64,000 nt of DNA, taken from IMG/VR virus record IMGVR_UViG_3300027749_000034; one strand, written 5' to 3'. This document shows, one piece after another, positions 1-8,869 of this stretch. The stretch is from a virus (taxonomy: Duplodnaviria; Caudoviricetes). Under the pieces are notes generated by a model. It made no database searches and was not told where the DNA came from. It was given only the letters and a program-made list of their open reading frames with translations. The first letter of the stretch is position 1; each line of letters opens with the position of its first letter. The position numbers were made by a program, and so were the translations under genes.

Positions 1-2
1 AC

Positions 3-506
3 GGAGTTGATGATCAGTTTGTTAATCAGTTTGCCAAGGGAAATTTAAATTTTAGATTAAAGTTTGATGGCCCTAGAAACACCACCTGCGAACCATTTGA
101 AAGAAACAATGAAGTGATAATGTTGAGTGCTGTACTGCAAGCCAGGGTGGGGCTAACAGCTGAACTTTATCAAAGACTGGCACATGGGTTTAAAAGATTT
201 AGTCCAGTGGTTGAATGGCAACAAGATGCATACGAAGAAAAGTATCGTCAAGCTGTAGAAGTTGTCAATGGTAAAACTGAAAATATTGGCATGGTCAATG
301 ACTATGCTGAAGAATCTGGACTTGCTATCAATATTGCCGCTGGCCTAATTGTAAACAAGTATCAGAATAGAAAATTTCTAATACGAAAACTCGAGCGGCT
401 ACGCATGCGTCACCAAATTGCAATCCGCCAAGCCTCAAGTAAATTTGATCTAGCACAAGTTAGAGCCAATATGGAAGAAGATTCCTTTTTATCAATGATG
501 ATGTGA
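3..506 (+). CDS. Hypothetical protein, 5'-truncated by the window edge
   Basis: The frame of the tracked ORF 114..506 is open back to position 3 (GVDDQFVNQFAKGNLNFRLKF...), so the true start lies outside the window. The stop is 1 nt before the next ATG. Confidence 0.75.
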   Translation, partial: GVDDQFVNQFAKGNLNFRLKFDGPRNTTCEPFERNNEVIMLSAVLQARVGLTAELYQRLAHGFKRFSPVVEWQQDAYEEKYRQAVEVVNGKTENIGMVNDYAEESGLAINIAAGLIVNKYQNRKFLIRKLERLRMRHQIAIRQASSKFDLAQVRANMEEDSFLSMMM

Positions 507-507
507 C

Positions 508-1584
508 ATGAAAAAATTACTATACTATATTCCACACAGAATTTATCGTGCCAATTCAATGCACGATGTAAACCCAGTTACAAAAGAATTTATTAAAATG
601 TTCAATCCTTGGATTAGTCTAAGCGATAGAACAAATACTATTACAATACCCGGTGTAGAAATTTTTAATAACAGTCCTATTCCAGTTCTACCTGCGGTAG
701 TTCCTTCATTCTCATCTGCCAGCTACAGTAGAATTGACGAATGTATTGCAATTGCAAATAGTCGTGGAGCAGAGAAGATTGTTGTTTTTTACTCAGGTGG
801 TATCGATTCTACACTAATTGTATCTTTGTTAATCAGTCATCCAGATTGGAGTTCTCTCAAAGAGAAAATTTGGTTGGCAATCAATGAAGACAGTCAACTT
901 GAAAATCCAAAATTCTTTGATGAGATTGTACTACCAAACTTTGGTACAAAGTTACTGCCCAGTAACAATTACTATGGAATTATCACTGATTCAAAGAATG
1001 TTTGCATTACTGGCGAATGTGCAGATAACTTGTTTGGTAGTCTGACGCTAAAAAGTTACATGGATAACACATTAAACTACAATGCAATACACGAACCCTG
1101 GGATGGAGAAACGGGCAGTTTAAATTGGTTGCTGGATAAAGTTAATTTATACAGGGATCAACGAGAGCAAATGCTGTATGACTTGGTCAATGCGGCGCCT
1201 GTTGATATTCGTAGTAACCATGATTTTCTGTGGTGGTTAAACTATACAATGAAGTGGCAAGCTGTCAAGTACCGCATGGCAATGCATGCTCCGACAGCAA
1301 CTGATGCAGAATACATTGCTGGTAATATTATCAACTTCTTTGATAGTCAATCTTATCAGGAATGGGCATTATACACCACTGAACAGAAGGTTGGTACTAC
1401 ATGGAATTCTTATAAGCTTCCGGCCAAGGCTTTGATCAATGATATCTGGGCCAATGCTGAATATCAAACATACAAAACCAAGTGGCCAAGCTTGCCAAGT
1501 ATCACTCGTTATAATAATGCTTGGGGATTTTTGTGGCAGAATGAAGATGGTTCGTTCACTGCCACAAAGGAATTAGACGACTAA
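508..1584 (+). CDS. Asparagine-synthetase (AsnB) C-terminal-like PP-loop ATPase, no glutaminase domain
   Basis: PP-loop SGGIDS and TGECADNLFG (cf. AsnB SGEGADELFG). 358 aa with no N-terminal Cys/Ntn domain. Confidence 0.7.
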   Translation: MKKLLYYIPHRIYRANSMHDVNPVTKEFIKMFNPWISLSDRTNTITIPGVEIFNNSPIPVLPAVVPSFSSASYSRIDECIAIANSRGAEKIVVFYSGGIDSTLIVSLLISHPDWSSLKEKIWLAINEDSQLENPKFFDEIVLPNFGTKLLPSNNYYGIITDSKNVCITGECADNLFGSLTLKSYMDNTLNYNAIHEPWDGETGSLNWLLDKVNLYRDQREQMLYDLVNAAPVDIRSNHDFLWWLNYTMKWQAVKYRMAMHAPTATDAEYIAGNIINFFDSQSYQEWALYTTEQKVGTTWNSYKLPAKALINDIWANAEYQTYKTKWPSLPSITRYNNAWGFLWQNEDGSFTATKELDD

Positions 1585-2238
1585 GTCAGTGGCCATTGGG
1601 AAGATTTTAGCAATTACTTCGGCACATGCTCGTGCCACTTCCTGATGTTCCTTTTGTGTGCCATTTGCACTGCGTAGTTCAATAAAGTGAATCCAGCTAC
1701 GCAATGTTCCATTCATATACAAACGACTAACAGTCAAGCCCTCAGGTAAAACTGCTCGGGCTTGTTCTTTGGCAATGCCATTGGCAATGGCCCAATCATA
1801 TGCATTGGTGGCCGCGTCAATGACTGCCTGTTGTTTATCAAGCCAAACCATTTGTGTTTCGTGCTCTACTGAGTCGATACTGTTTTGTCTATTTTTGGGA
1901 TCTTGTAACCGTGCTTCTCTAAGTACGAATGACAAGTCTTTAGTAGGATCAGCATATCGTTGGCTGAACTCTTGGAAACTAAAACTTCTGTGTCGCAAGA
2001 TTTGACGGGCAATGTCTCTAGTGGTTGTGATTTCAATACAGGCACTGACCATTTCAAGTGGACTCCAGTGTGCGTGTTTGATAAGGTATCTAATAAGCTT
2101 TTCTGATGTGTCAGTGTTAAGCTGATTGGCAGGATTGGACACACGGGCGCAATACGCAATGAGTTCCTGTGCATCCGTGATGCCAAGATCTGCAAATTCT
2201 TTAGTTGGATTTGAGTAGCTGAGTAGTCGTACATTCAT
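1573..2238 (-). CDS. thyX: Flavin-dependent thymidylate synthase
   Basis: ThyX signature RHRSFSFQEFSQRY, plus ARVS, HWSPLE and ARAVLP motifs. Its 3' end overlaps the convergent AsnB-like gene by 12 nt. Confidence 0.97.
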   Translation of the reverse strand: MNVRLLSYSNPTKEFADLGITDAQELIAYCARVSNPANQLNTDTSEKLIRYLIKHAHWSPLEMVSACIEITTTRDIARQILRHRSFSFQEFSQRYADPTKDLSFVLREARLQDPKNRQNSIDSVEHETQMVWLDKQQAVIDAATNAYDWAIANGIAKEQARAVLPEGLTVSRLYMNGTLRSWIHFIELRSANGTQKEHQEVARACAEVIAKIFPMATDLVV

Positions 2239-3137
2239 GTAAGTTCCTTTTTATCAATTATAGCATCTTTTCTAATAGACCACAATCTTTTTATCTCACT
2301 TGGCGGAGCAAACGGCAATACTAATAACATGCAAGGATCAAATTCAACAGCTCTTCCGCTGACACTGGAACCAAAATCAAAACTACTTGCCTTTTTGTGA
2401 TGGTTGTTGTGCCAACCACTTCCCCAGTGGAAGTATCCAATCCACCATACATTGGTACTGGCATCTTTATTATCAAAGTTTCGATAGCCTGCGGCTGGAA
2501 CATGTCCAAATGTGTTGACCAGTCCATCTGCATGTAAGCTCATTAAGCTACCTATTACAAAAAACCAAACGGTAAAAGTAAGGCCAAACAGTAGCCAGCT
2601 TAATAATAGTGTAGCATAGATAATCTTGTTGTAATTTTCATGGATGAATGTAATTCGTTTATCTCTAAGCAAATCAACTGCATGTCTAAAGCTCACACTA
2701 TTTTGTGTGATGGCAAATTGCCAGCCCATGTAACTCCACCATTTGCCGTTGTCGACCGGGGTATGAATATCTTTACCAGGCTGATCACTTACGCGATGAT
2801 GATGACCACGATGTAGTGCAACCCACCATAGCGGACTGCCTTCGCCAACCATGGTTGCGGCCCACAATAACAACGGCTCTGCCCACTTGTATGGTGTCCA
2901 ACTTTTATGACTTAAAAATCGATGTAGTGTTAGATTGTTGCCAACACCATCCAGTAGTATCCAGCCGCAAATGGCTGTGACCGGCAACCACCATGACCAT
3001 GCTGTTGTTACAGCATACACAATTGCAATTATTGCCGCAAGGTGGTAAGGAAACCATATTGCTATGATATAAGGAATTTGGCCAGTTTTACTATACAGGG
3101 AGGCCTGGTTATCAAACCAATCTAATACTCTTCTCAT
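2235..3137 (-). CDS. Membrane fatty-acid desaturase (delta-9/acyl-CoA desaturase-like)
   Basis: Three His boxes (HRFLSH, HRGHHH, HNNHH), hydrophobic segments, and VNTFGH / WHNNHH typical of delta-9 desaturases. Confidence 0.92.
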   Translation of the reverse strand: MRRVLDWFDNQASLYSKTGQIPYIIAIWFPYHLAAIIAIVYAVTTAWSWWLPVTAICGWILLDGVGNNLTLHRFLSHKSWTPYKWAEPLLLWAATMVGEGSPLWWVALHRGHHHRVSDQPGKDIHTPVDNGKWWSYMGWQFAITQNSVSFRHAVDLLRDKRITFIHENYNKIIYATLLLSWLLFGLTFTVWFFVIGSLMSLHADGLVNTFGHVPAAGYRNFDNKDASTNVWWIGYFHWGSGWHNNHHKKASSFDFGSSVSGRAVEFDPCMLLVLPFAPPSEIKRLWSIRKDAIIDKKELT

Positions 3138-3776
3138 TTATTCTTTTTCTCTTCTAATTGCTTTACCACCTTCGCTCGGTGCTTCAGTATTTGGTCGTCG
3201 AAGTATATATCTTCTCAGGTCCATATCATGCGGATGTATTGTACTGCCCATTAAATCATGTATCAATGCGTATGGACTTCTTGATTTTGCAGGAACCATA
3301 CATTCTACAAATGTATAGTACCGTTCTCTAAAAGGAAGCATGATCTTACTGTAAGCCTCGCAACGACTTGCTGGATATGTAACAAAAAATTCATTTAGTC
3401 CAGCATTTTCATGTATAACACAAAGCTGTTCCATGATTTCTCTAAATGTTGGAATAAATCTCACTCCTACCCTAGGACTTAATAACCAACTGACAGACCA
3501 ACTTGGCATTACATTGTATCGACGTACTCCTACTGCGGCAATCCATTGACCATTTTCATCTTCTAATGCATACACTTGTCGTATGTTGAAATTTATAAAG
3601 CTACTGGGCCGTAAAAATGTCATAAAAAATTTACGAAACTTTATGTCGTCATCTATATCGTTTGAAATTTTAAAGTCTGGATATTTGTCTGGATCTGTAT
3701 TTTCGTAGATGTCTAAAGCAAATGTTACCAATTGCTCCAGGTGATCTAAGGTTAATGGTACTAAGCGACTTGACAT
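3138..3776 (-). CDS. Hypothetical protein, possible GNAT-fold acyltransferase
   Basis: 212 aa; beta-strand pattern YALEDENGQWIAAVGVRR...WSVSWLL resembles the GNAT core. Coupled to both neighbours. Confidence 0.4.
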   Translation of the reverse strand: MSSRLVPLTLDHLEQLVTFALDIYENTDPDKYPDFKISNDIDDDIKFRKFFMTFLRPSSFINFNIRQVYALEDENGQWIAAVGVRRYNVMPSWSVSWLLSPRVGVRFIPTFREIMEQLCVIHENAGLNEFFVTYPASRCEAYSKIMLPFRERYYTFVECMVPAKSRSPYALIHDLMGSTIHPHDMDLRRYILRRPNTEAPSEGGKAIRREKE

Positions 3777-4714
3777 ATTGTTTGTATTCCGTTTATTAAA
3801 TTTTTCTCTAATGTGAGTGCAGGTACTTTATAAAACCTAGACTCAAATGTTAATCCATTGGACGATATGTTATAAAGTACTGCATCCCATAAATGATAAT
3901 AGTTTTCCATACCGTGCCATTTTGGTCTTGGTCTAAATTGATAGCCCAAGCTTGAGTAAATTTTCATCTTGCTAGATGTCCAGCCAAGCTTGCCTGGAAT
4001 TTGGTCTCTAATTAATTTTGCAACTGTTTCTTCTTGTAAAAATGCCAACATAGATTCTGGGCTATAAGTATAAAAATTATTCAAGGCTGGTATTCCAGTT
4101 TTGTCAACAAACCTGCGCCATACACCATCTTGATCTTCTTTCTTTAAAAAGCACCATTCAAATTTATAGGCGCCCGTTTCCCAGTTAATCTGCGGCACCT
4201 TTTCCAATTCTACTTCGTCAACAGTTATCATTGGTGCGGCAAATTGTTCAGCTACTTTTAATAAAATTTGTTGATAGAAACTGTAACTTTGATAACGATT
4301 GGCAATGTCATAACATTCGCCACTGTCAAAAAATGCTTGCGGATCAAAATCAATTATGTCGCATTTCAACCCCATTCTCTCAACCATTCCCAGCATAGGG
4401 CCAATGTCGTAGTTGTTGTTATTGTTTGCAAATTTAACTGTTGCCAATTTTGGTTGTATTCCAGCGGCTAAAAAACTGCGGAGGGCAATCTCACTATCTA
4501 ACCCACCACTCATAAAAATTGTCAAGTCTGGAAAATCTCTATACAAGCACCGAGCGTTTCTGATTAGTTCGGCTCGTAATGCCATAGGAGTACGAGTACA
4601 TCCGCCTACACTCATTGAGGTCGACTCTAGATCAGATGTACGCCAAACACTTGATTGGTCATTGTCATACCAATACTTTAAATGGTAATTTTCAGTGTTT
4701 CTAATAGAATTCAT
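3761..4714 (-). CDS. PP-loop (adenine nucleotide alpha-hydrolase) ATPase
   Basis: IFMSGGLDSE PP-loop; 317 aa. Start overlaps the upstream stop (TAATG). Confidence 0.7.
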   Translation of the reverse strand: MNSIRNTENYHLKYWYDNDQSSVWRTSDLESTSMSVGGCTRTPMALRAELIRNARCLYRDFPDLTIFMSGGLDSEIALRSFLAAGIQPKLATVKFANNNNNYDIGPMLGMVERMGLKCDIIDFDPQAFFDSGECYDIANRYQSYSFYQQILLKVAEQFAAPMITVDEVELEKVPQINWETGAYKFEWCFLKKEDQDGVWRRFVDKTGIPALNNFYTYSPESMLAFLQEETVAKLIRDQIPGKLGWTSSKMKIYSSLGYQFRPRPKWHGMENYYHLWDAVLYNISSNGLTFESRFYKVPALTLEKNLINGIQTICQVA

Positions 4715-5352
4715 TATGCATTAAATGGCTCAGTTCTCACGCCAAACTTGTCTATCAAGTCATTGACTATTGGCTCAAGTTGGTCGTAAGCAACCAATGG
4801 TTTTATTACAGCCCATTGCGGTGTGTTATGTAATCTAATTTTATTATCCAGTGGAATACAATCATTCCACCAATCGCTCCAGATAGTACCAAGGGCGCGG
4901 CCTTGCCCTTTGGAAAATCGTACAATAATATCATAGATTGATTTGTTGTAATCATTGAATGTTAGTAACATTCCAAGTTTACCTCTGGACTCACACCATT
5001 CTAAATTACTAGACAACAAGTATTTGGAAACAGAATTGTCGCTCCTATATGGTGGTAGTACCCAACAGCGGTTGCCACCGGATCCCAATTGATCATGCAA
5101 TGGGCAGTCTTCAACTGCGCTTACACCAACGACACTTTCTACATCTTTGTCGTATAAGAAAGTAATCTGTCCATTATCTTTGGTCCATCTTTTCTTGTTT
5201 TTAACCAAGAATAAAAATCCGCTTGATGTACGATCTCCCATATTTTCCAGGGCAGGTGATTCAGTTTCTGCAATAGTTGAAAGGAACCCGTTGTACAAGG
5301 ATTCGTATTGTTCAAACTCAGTTGCGTTAGTATGGAATATAGATAGATTCAT
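4714..5352 (-). CDS. GNAT-like acyl/acetyltransferase
   Basis: ITFLYDKDVESVVGVSAV...GGNRCWVLPPYR resembles GNAT beta-strands and motif A. Confidence 0.5.
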   Translation of the reverse strand: MNLSIFHTNATEFEQYESLYNGFLSTIAETESPALENMGDRTSSGFLFLVKNKKRWTKDNGQITFLYDKDVESVVGVSAVEDCPLHDQLGSGGNRCWVLPPYRSDNSVSKYLLSSNLEWCESRGKLGMLLTFNDYNKSIYDIIVRFSKGQGRALGTIWSDWWNDCIPLDNKIRLHNTPQWAVIKPLVAYDQLEPIVNDLIDKFGVRTEPFNA

Positions 5353-5357
5353 ATCTA

Positions 5358-5363
5358 TATGTA
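5358..5363 (-). promoter_or_regulatory. Possible internal late promoter variant TACATA, 5 nt before ATG 5352
   Basis: TACATA-TAGAT-ATG, the same geometry as other late sites. Confidence 0.4.
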
Positions 5364-5367
5364 GCTG

Positions 5368-5868
5368 TCAATCTATGTCGTTGTTTACCAAGCACATGAC
5401 AATATGTACTCTATCTTCCAAGCTTCCGTTTATTGCAGTATGTTCTTCTTTTGTGTTGACCCAATATATGCGGCCATCTGCTGGAATATGTAAAATTTCA
5501 GGGGGCCGAGTAAAAATAAATTTGGCTTGATTGTGTGTTTTGACAGCAATGTGCAGTCTGGGATTATCGTCTGTGTGTATACTATAACACACCCTGGCAG
5601 GCATAATCATAATTCTGGATCTGAATACAGGAATTGGAAGTGAACTAAAAAAGTCCTGCCACCAGGTGCCTGCAAGATCTGGATGTATCATATTCCATTG
5701 GCCTTCGCCTTCACCGGGCCTTGAACCTGTACTGGCATTCCAATCAGCGGATCCATTTGTTTGTAAAGACAATTGTCTTTGATCTGGATGTGCCGACATC
5801 AGCAGTTGTGTTTCTGCTTTTAGTCTTTCAAAGTCAATTACGCCGGGTATTTTGCTGATCCGTTGCAT
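5368..5868 (-). CDS. Asp/Asn beta-hydroxylase-like 2OG-Fe(II) oxygenase
   Basis: RSRIMIM...YSIHTD (HxD), RLHIAV, HIPADGRIYWVNT..EHTAIN...RVHIV: a double-stranded beta-helix with the HxD...H triad. Confidence 0.8.
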   Translation of the reverse strand: MQRISKIPGVIDFERLKAETQLLMSAHPDQRQLSLQTNGSADWNASTGSRPGEGEGQWNMIHPDLAGTWWQDFFSSLPIPVFRSRIMIMPARVCYSIHTDDNPRLHIAVKTHNQAKFIFTRPPEILHIPADGRIYWVNTKEEHTAINGSLEDRVHIVMCLVNNDID

Positions 5869-7058
5869 TATAGTTTTCCAATGGCCATATATCTATTGCA
5901 CATGTACAGGTTTAACTCTCCTGCCCATAGAATAGTATTTAAGCCAGAGGATGCAACAAATTCTTCTAGGTTATTATGGCAGTTGACATGGTCAGGTACG
6001 TCAAACATGTCATTGCCTTGTAGCACTACTGTAGTTCCAGCCGGCAAGGACTTTATCCAATCGCCGTGATCTTTAAAATGCTCTACAATGGTGTCAATTA
6101 GCAACAGCTTTTTATATTTGGATAGTTGTAGTTCTCTTACATCTGTTCCTGAATTTTTAAAATTGTTGTGGAATCCAGAATTTAACTCTATTGCGGCAGA
6201 ATGTACAGATGTGTCAATGTCAATGTTGATAACTGAATCTAAATTTTGTCCCAGCATGTTAGATAAGAATGGTAACAATCCAACCCAACCGCCAACAACC
6301 AATGTTGAAGTTTCAACATCGCCCATCTTGCGTTTCTTTGGAATTAGATTTCTTTCTATTAGTTTTTCAACCAGCCAAATTTTACTTTTGACTTGATTTC
6401 GGCTCAGTGCATCTTTCCAGTTTAATTCCCTATCATTATTAATTGCAACAGCCAATCTTTTGATATGATCTCGTTGATTGTAATAGTATTCGTTTCCAAT
6501 GCAAACGCCTAATTTTTTTATATCTGTATCTACTACACAGGAAAGCAATGACTCTTTGCCAATTATCATCTCAACCAATTGAAAGAATTTGTCAAAGTCT
6601 TCTCTTGCATCAATTATCAATTGATGTGCCAGGGCCAACACAGGCAAGGCAGGTGTTTCAAATGCTTCAATGTTTAAGTTATTCCACTCATTGAGTGTCC
6701 ATAATTTATTGGCCATGCCCGTCAAGTCTGTTTCTATTAGATTGACCTTTAGGGGCGTTAACTTAATTGTTTTGCCATCAGTCCAGTCTGTTGGAACATA
6801 CAGTCCGGTTTCTATTGCCACTTGTAGTGCAATTAATCCTTGCTGGTCATCGCCTTCTCTTACTGCATTCAACAAAGGCCATAAATCAAATGCGTACTCT
6901 CTTCCAACTTCAACAATCAACTGTGTAAGCTCGTATTCGTCTTCAGTTTCAAGCCAACGATGAAAATGGTGTACACTTTTGCGAAATCCAATTGCTTCAT
7001 CAACAAAATAAAGCAATGCAGATCTTAGTTCTGTATTCTTATCCATTGAACCATCCAT
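5868..7058 (-). CDS. Class I SAM-dependent methyltransferase-like protein with a helical N-terminal extension
   Basis: C-terminal half has LVVGGWVGLL (motif I variant), INIDID (motif II), DTIVEH, and LQGNDM...DHVNC. Confidence 0.55.
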   Translation of the reverse strand: MDGSMDKNTELRSALLYFVDEAIGFRKSVHHFHRWLETEDEYELTQLIVEVGREYAFDLWPLLNAVREGDDQQGLIALQVAIETGLYVPTDWTDGKTIKLTPLKVNLIETDLTGMANKLWTLNEWNNLNIEAFETPALPVLALAHQLIIDAREDFDKFFQLVEMIIGKESLLSCVVDTDIKKLGVCIGNEYYYNQRDHIKRLAVAINNDRELNWKDALSRNQVKSKIWLVEKLIERNLIPKKRKMGDVETSTLVVGGWVGLLPFLSNMLGQNLDSVINIDIDTSVHSAAIELNSGFHNNFKNSGTDVRELQLSKYKKLLLIDTIVEHFKDHGDWIKSLPAGTTVVLQGNDMFDVPDHVNCHNNLEEFVASSGLNTILWAGELNLYMCNRYMAIGKL

Positions 7059-8007
7059 ATAAATTCAAGTTGGTTCTCCATTTAACATCATCATATGTTA
7101 ACGATTTGGCCGGATGCAATTGCAACATCTTTAAGAAGTAGCTTTGTTCATCGGTAAAATCTGGTAGTATGAAGCCTAATCCTTCACTTATGTGCTTGCC
7201 TAAACTTTTGCTTGCCTTGATTGGGTCAGCATTTGCATGCAATGCAAAAAAGTCTTTGAACCAGGCATAGTCTCTGATATTGACACAGTCAAAGTTGTCG
7301 TATTGTAACATTTTTACAGCGAGTCTTGCACCGTATACACTCCACATGCCATTCTCTACATCAGCACCCAATGTCATCCATGTCAATAGCCTTTGATAGT
7401 TTGCGGCATGCATCATTTCTGGCCAAGATTCAAATGCAAGCACTTGTCCTTGTTCCATACTAAGCTTGACGCCTTCTCTAAATCCCACTCGAAATGCTTG
7501 GTAAGCACTGGCGTTTGTGTATACATTAGAATAACAACCTGGTAGCTCTTTGTATCTATTGAAGTCCCAACAAAAATCTATTGCATCTCGATCTTCAGTG
7601 GCCAGTTCATGACTTTTCATGTTAGCAAGATGTTCAGTACTCCACATTTTTAGGCCGCCATTGCCGTACATGAGTCCGTTTGTGTATTGTCTGCCGCCCC
7701 AGGTAAAGCTGACTTTTCCATCCATGCCTTCGGGCAATTGTTTATTGAAGAAAGCTGGATCAACTTCGTTGTCTGCATCTACTGTGATGATATATTCACT
7801 GCTGGCAAATTCAGTGGCAGCGGCCTTGTGTGCCGCATCAAATCCGACCACACCATGTACTCTGGCAATTCGTTTATGTGGAGTAATTGACTTTAGCAGT
7901 TCCCAATTTTTATCTGCATTGGGTTCATCAAAGCTTAAAAATACTACTGGAACATCTGACATCTTTTTATAGATGATTGGATTCTTGACTGCTTTAAACA
8001 TTGACAT
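7039..8007 (-). CDS. Glycosyltransferase-like protein (GT-A fold), paralog 3
   Basis: VVFLSFDEPNA...DADN (DxD)...NGLMYGNGGLKMW...AFRVGFREGVKL, shared with two upstream paralogs. Confidence 0.65.
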   Translation of the reverse strand: MSMFKAVKNPIIYKKMSDVPVVFLSFDEPNADKNWELLKSITPHKRIARVHGVVGFDAAHKAAATEFASSEYIITVDADNEVDPAFFNKQLPEGMDGKVSFTWGGRQYTNGLMYGNGGLKMWSTEHLANMKSHELATEDRDAIDFCWDFNRYKELPGCYSNVYTNASAYQAFRVGFREGVKLSMEQGQVLAFESWPEMMHAANYQRLLTWMTLGADVENGMWSVYGARLAVKMLQYDNFDCVNIRDYAWFKDFFALHANADPIKASKSLGKHISEGLGFILPDFTDEQSYFLKMLQLHPAKSLTYDDVKWRTNLNLYGWFNG

Positions 8008-8866
8008 TTTTAAATTCCTTTTTTAGCCACGACCAATCATTGATTAAATTTAGCTTTTCAATGTCATCACTGTTACGCATGCCGTACTTGGATCCACTTC
8101 TTGCACCATCAATTGTGTACTTTCCGTTGTTTGAGAACCAACCATGCGTACACCATATGAATCTTCGTTCACTGCACTTTTCAATTGCTTCCCAGTATGT
8201 AAAAATATCTGTTTCTTTAAGATATTTTTCTTTGATCAGCATACCCTGGGCTTTTCGATAGTTTGCTTTTTTCTCATCGGTCCAGTCTTGAGTTGCAATG
8301 TAAATGGATAGATCTTCCAGCTCGTTGCGCTCTTTTCTTTTTGCAGAGTTGACCCTGCTCTTTATCATTGACAAGGATGACAGCTTTGCACATTCGCGAA
8401 AGGCGCCTATCCAAGCAGATTCTGGCGTTACATTAAATCTAGTTTCGCAACTGATGCTGGACATGTTGACACTTGCGCGACCAATTGTGGTTGATAGGTC
8501 CAGCTCCCAAGGGCGGCTTTCTAGGAATGGCTGGCGTGGAAATAGCTTTACACCACCGTAACCATACTCCAGTTCATTTGCTACATTTTTTGAATTCCAT
8601 ACCAATACACATTCGTTTTCTGGAATATCCCAATGTCCTGTTTCTGCGCTGGGAATAAAATTAAAATCAAATCCATCTACGATCCATGCATCTGCATCAA
8701 CTACCCAGAAGTTTTCTGTGGTACTTTGTTTTGCACATGTTTCGTGTACCTGATAGATGCCCTTGACATTGCTGATATGCTTTGCTGTGGGCGCAAATTC
8801 TAAAAGGCGTGTCCAGTTGGCTTCGCTACCTTGTTCGCCCATTGAGATAAAGAAAACATCTAACAA
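7994..8866 (-). CDS. Glycosyltransferase-like protein (GT-A fold), paralog 2
   Basis: DVFFISMGE...FWVVDAD...YGYGGVKLF...AWIGAFRECAKL. Confidence 0.65.
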   Translation of the reverse strand: MLDVFFISMGEQGSEANWTRLLEFAPTAKHISNVKGIYQVHETCAKQSTTENFWVVDADAWIVDGFDFNFIPSAETGHWDIPENECVLVWNSKNVANELEYGYGGVKLFPRQPFLESRPWELDLSTTIGRASVNMSSISCETRFNVTPESAWIGAFRECAKLSSLSMIKSRVNSAKRKERNELEDLSIYIATQDWTDEKKANYRKAQGMLIKEKYLKETDIFTYWEAIEKCSERRFIWCTHGWFSNNGKYTIDGARSGSKYGMRNSDDIEKLNLINDWSWLKKEFKNVNV

Positions 8867-8869
8867 TGT

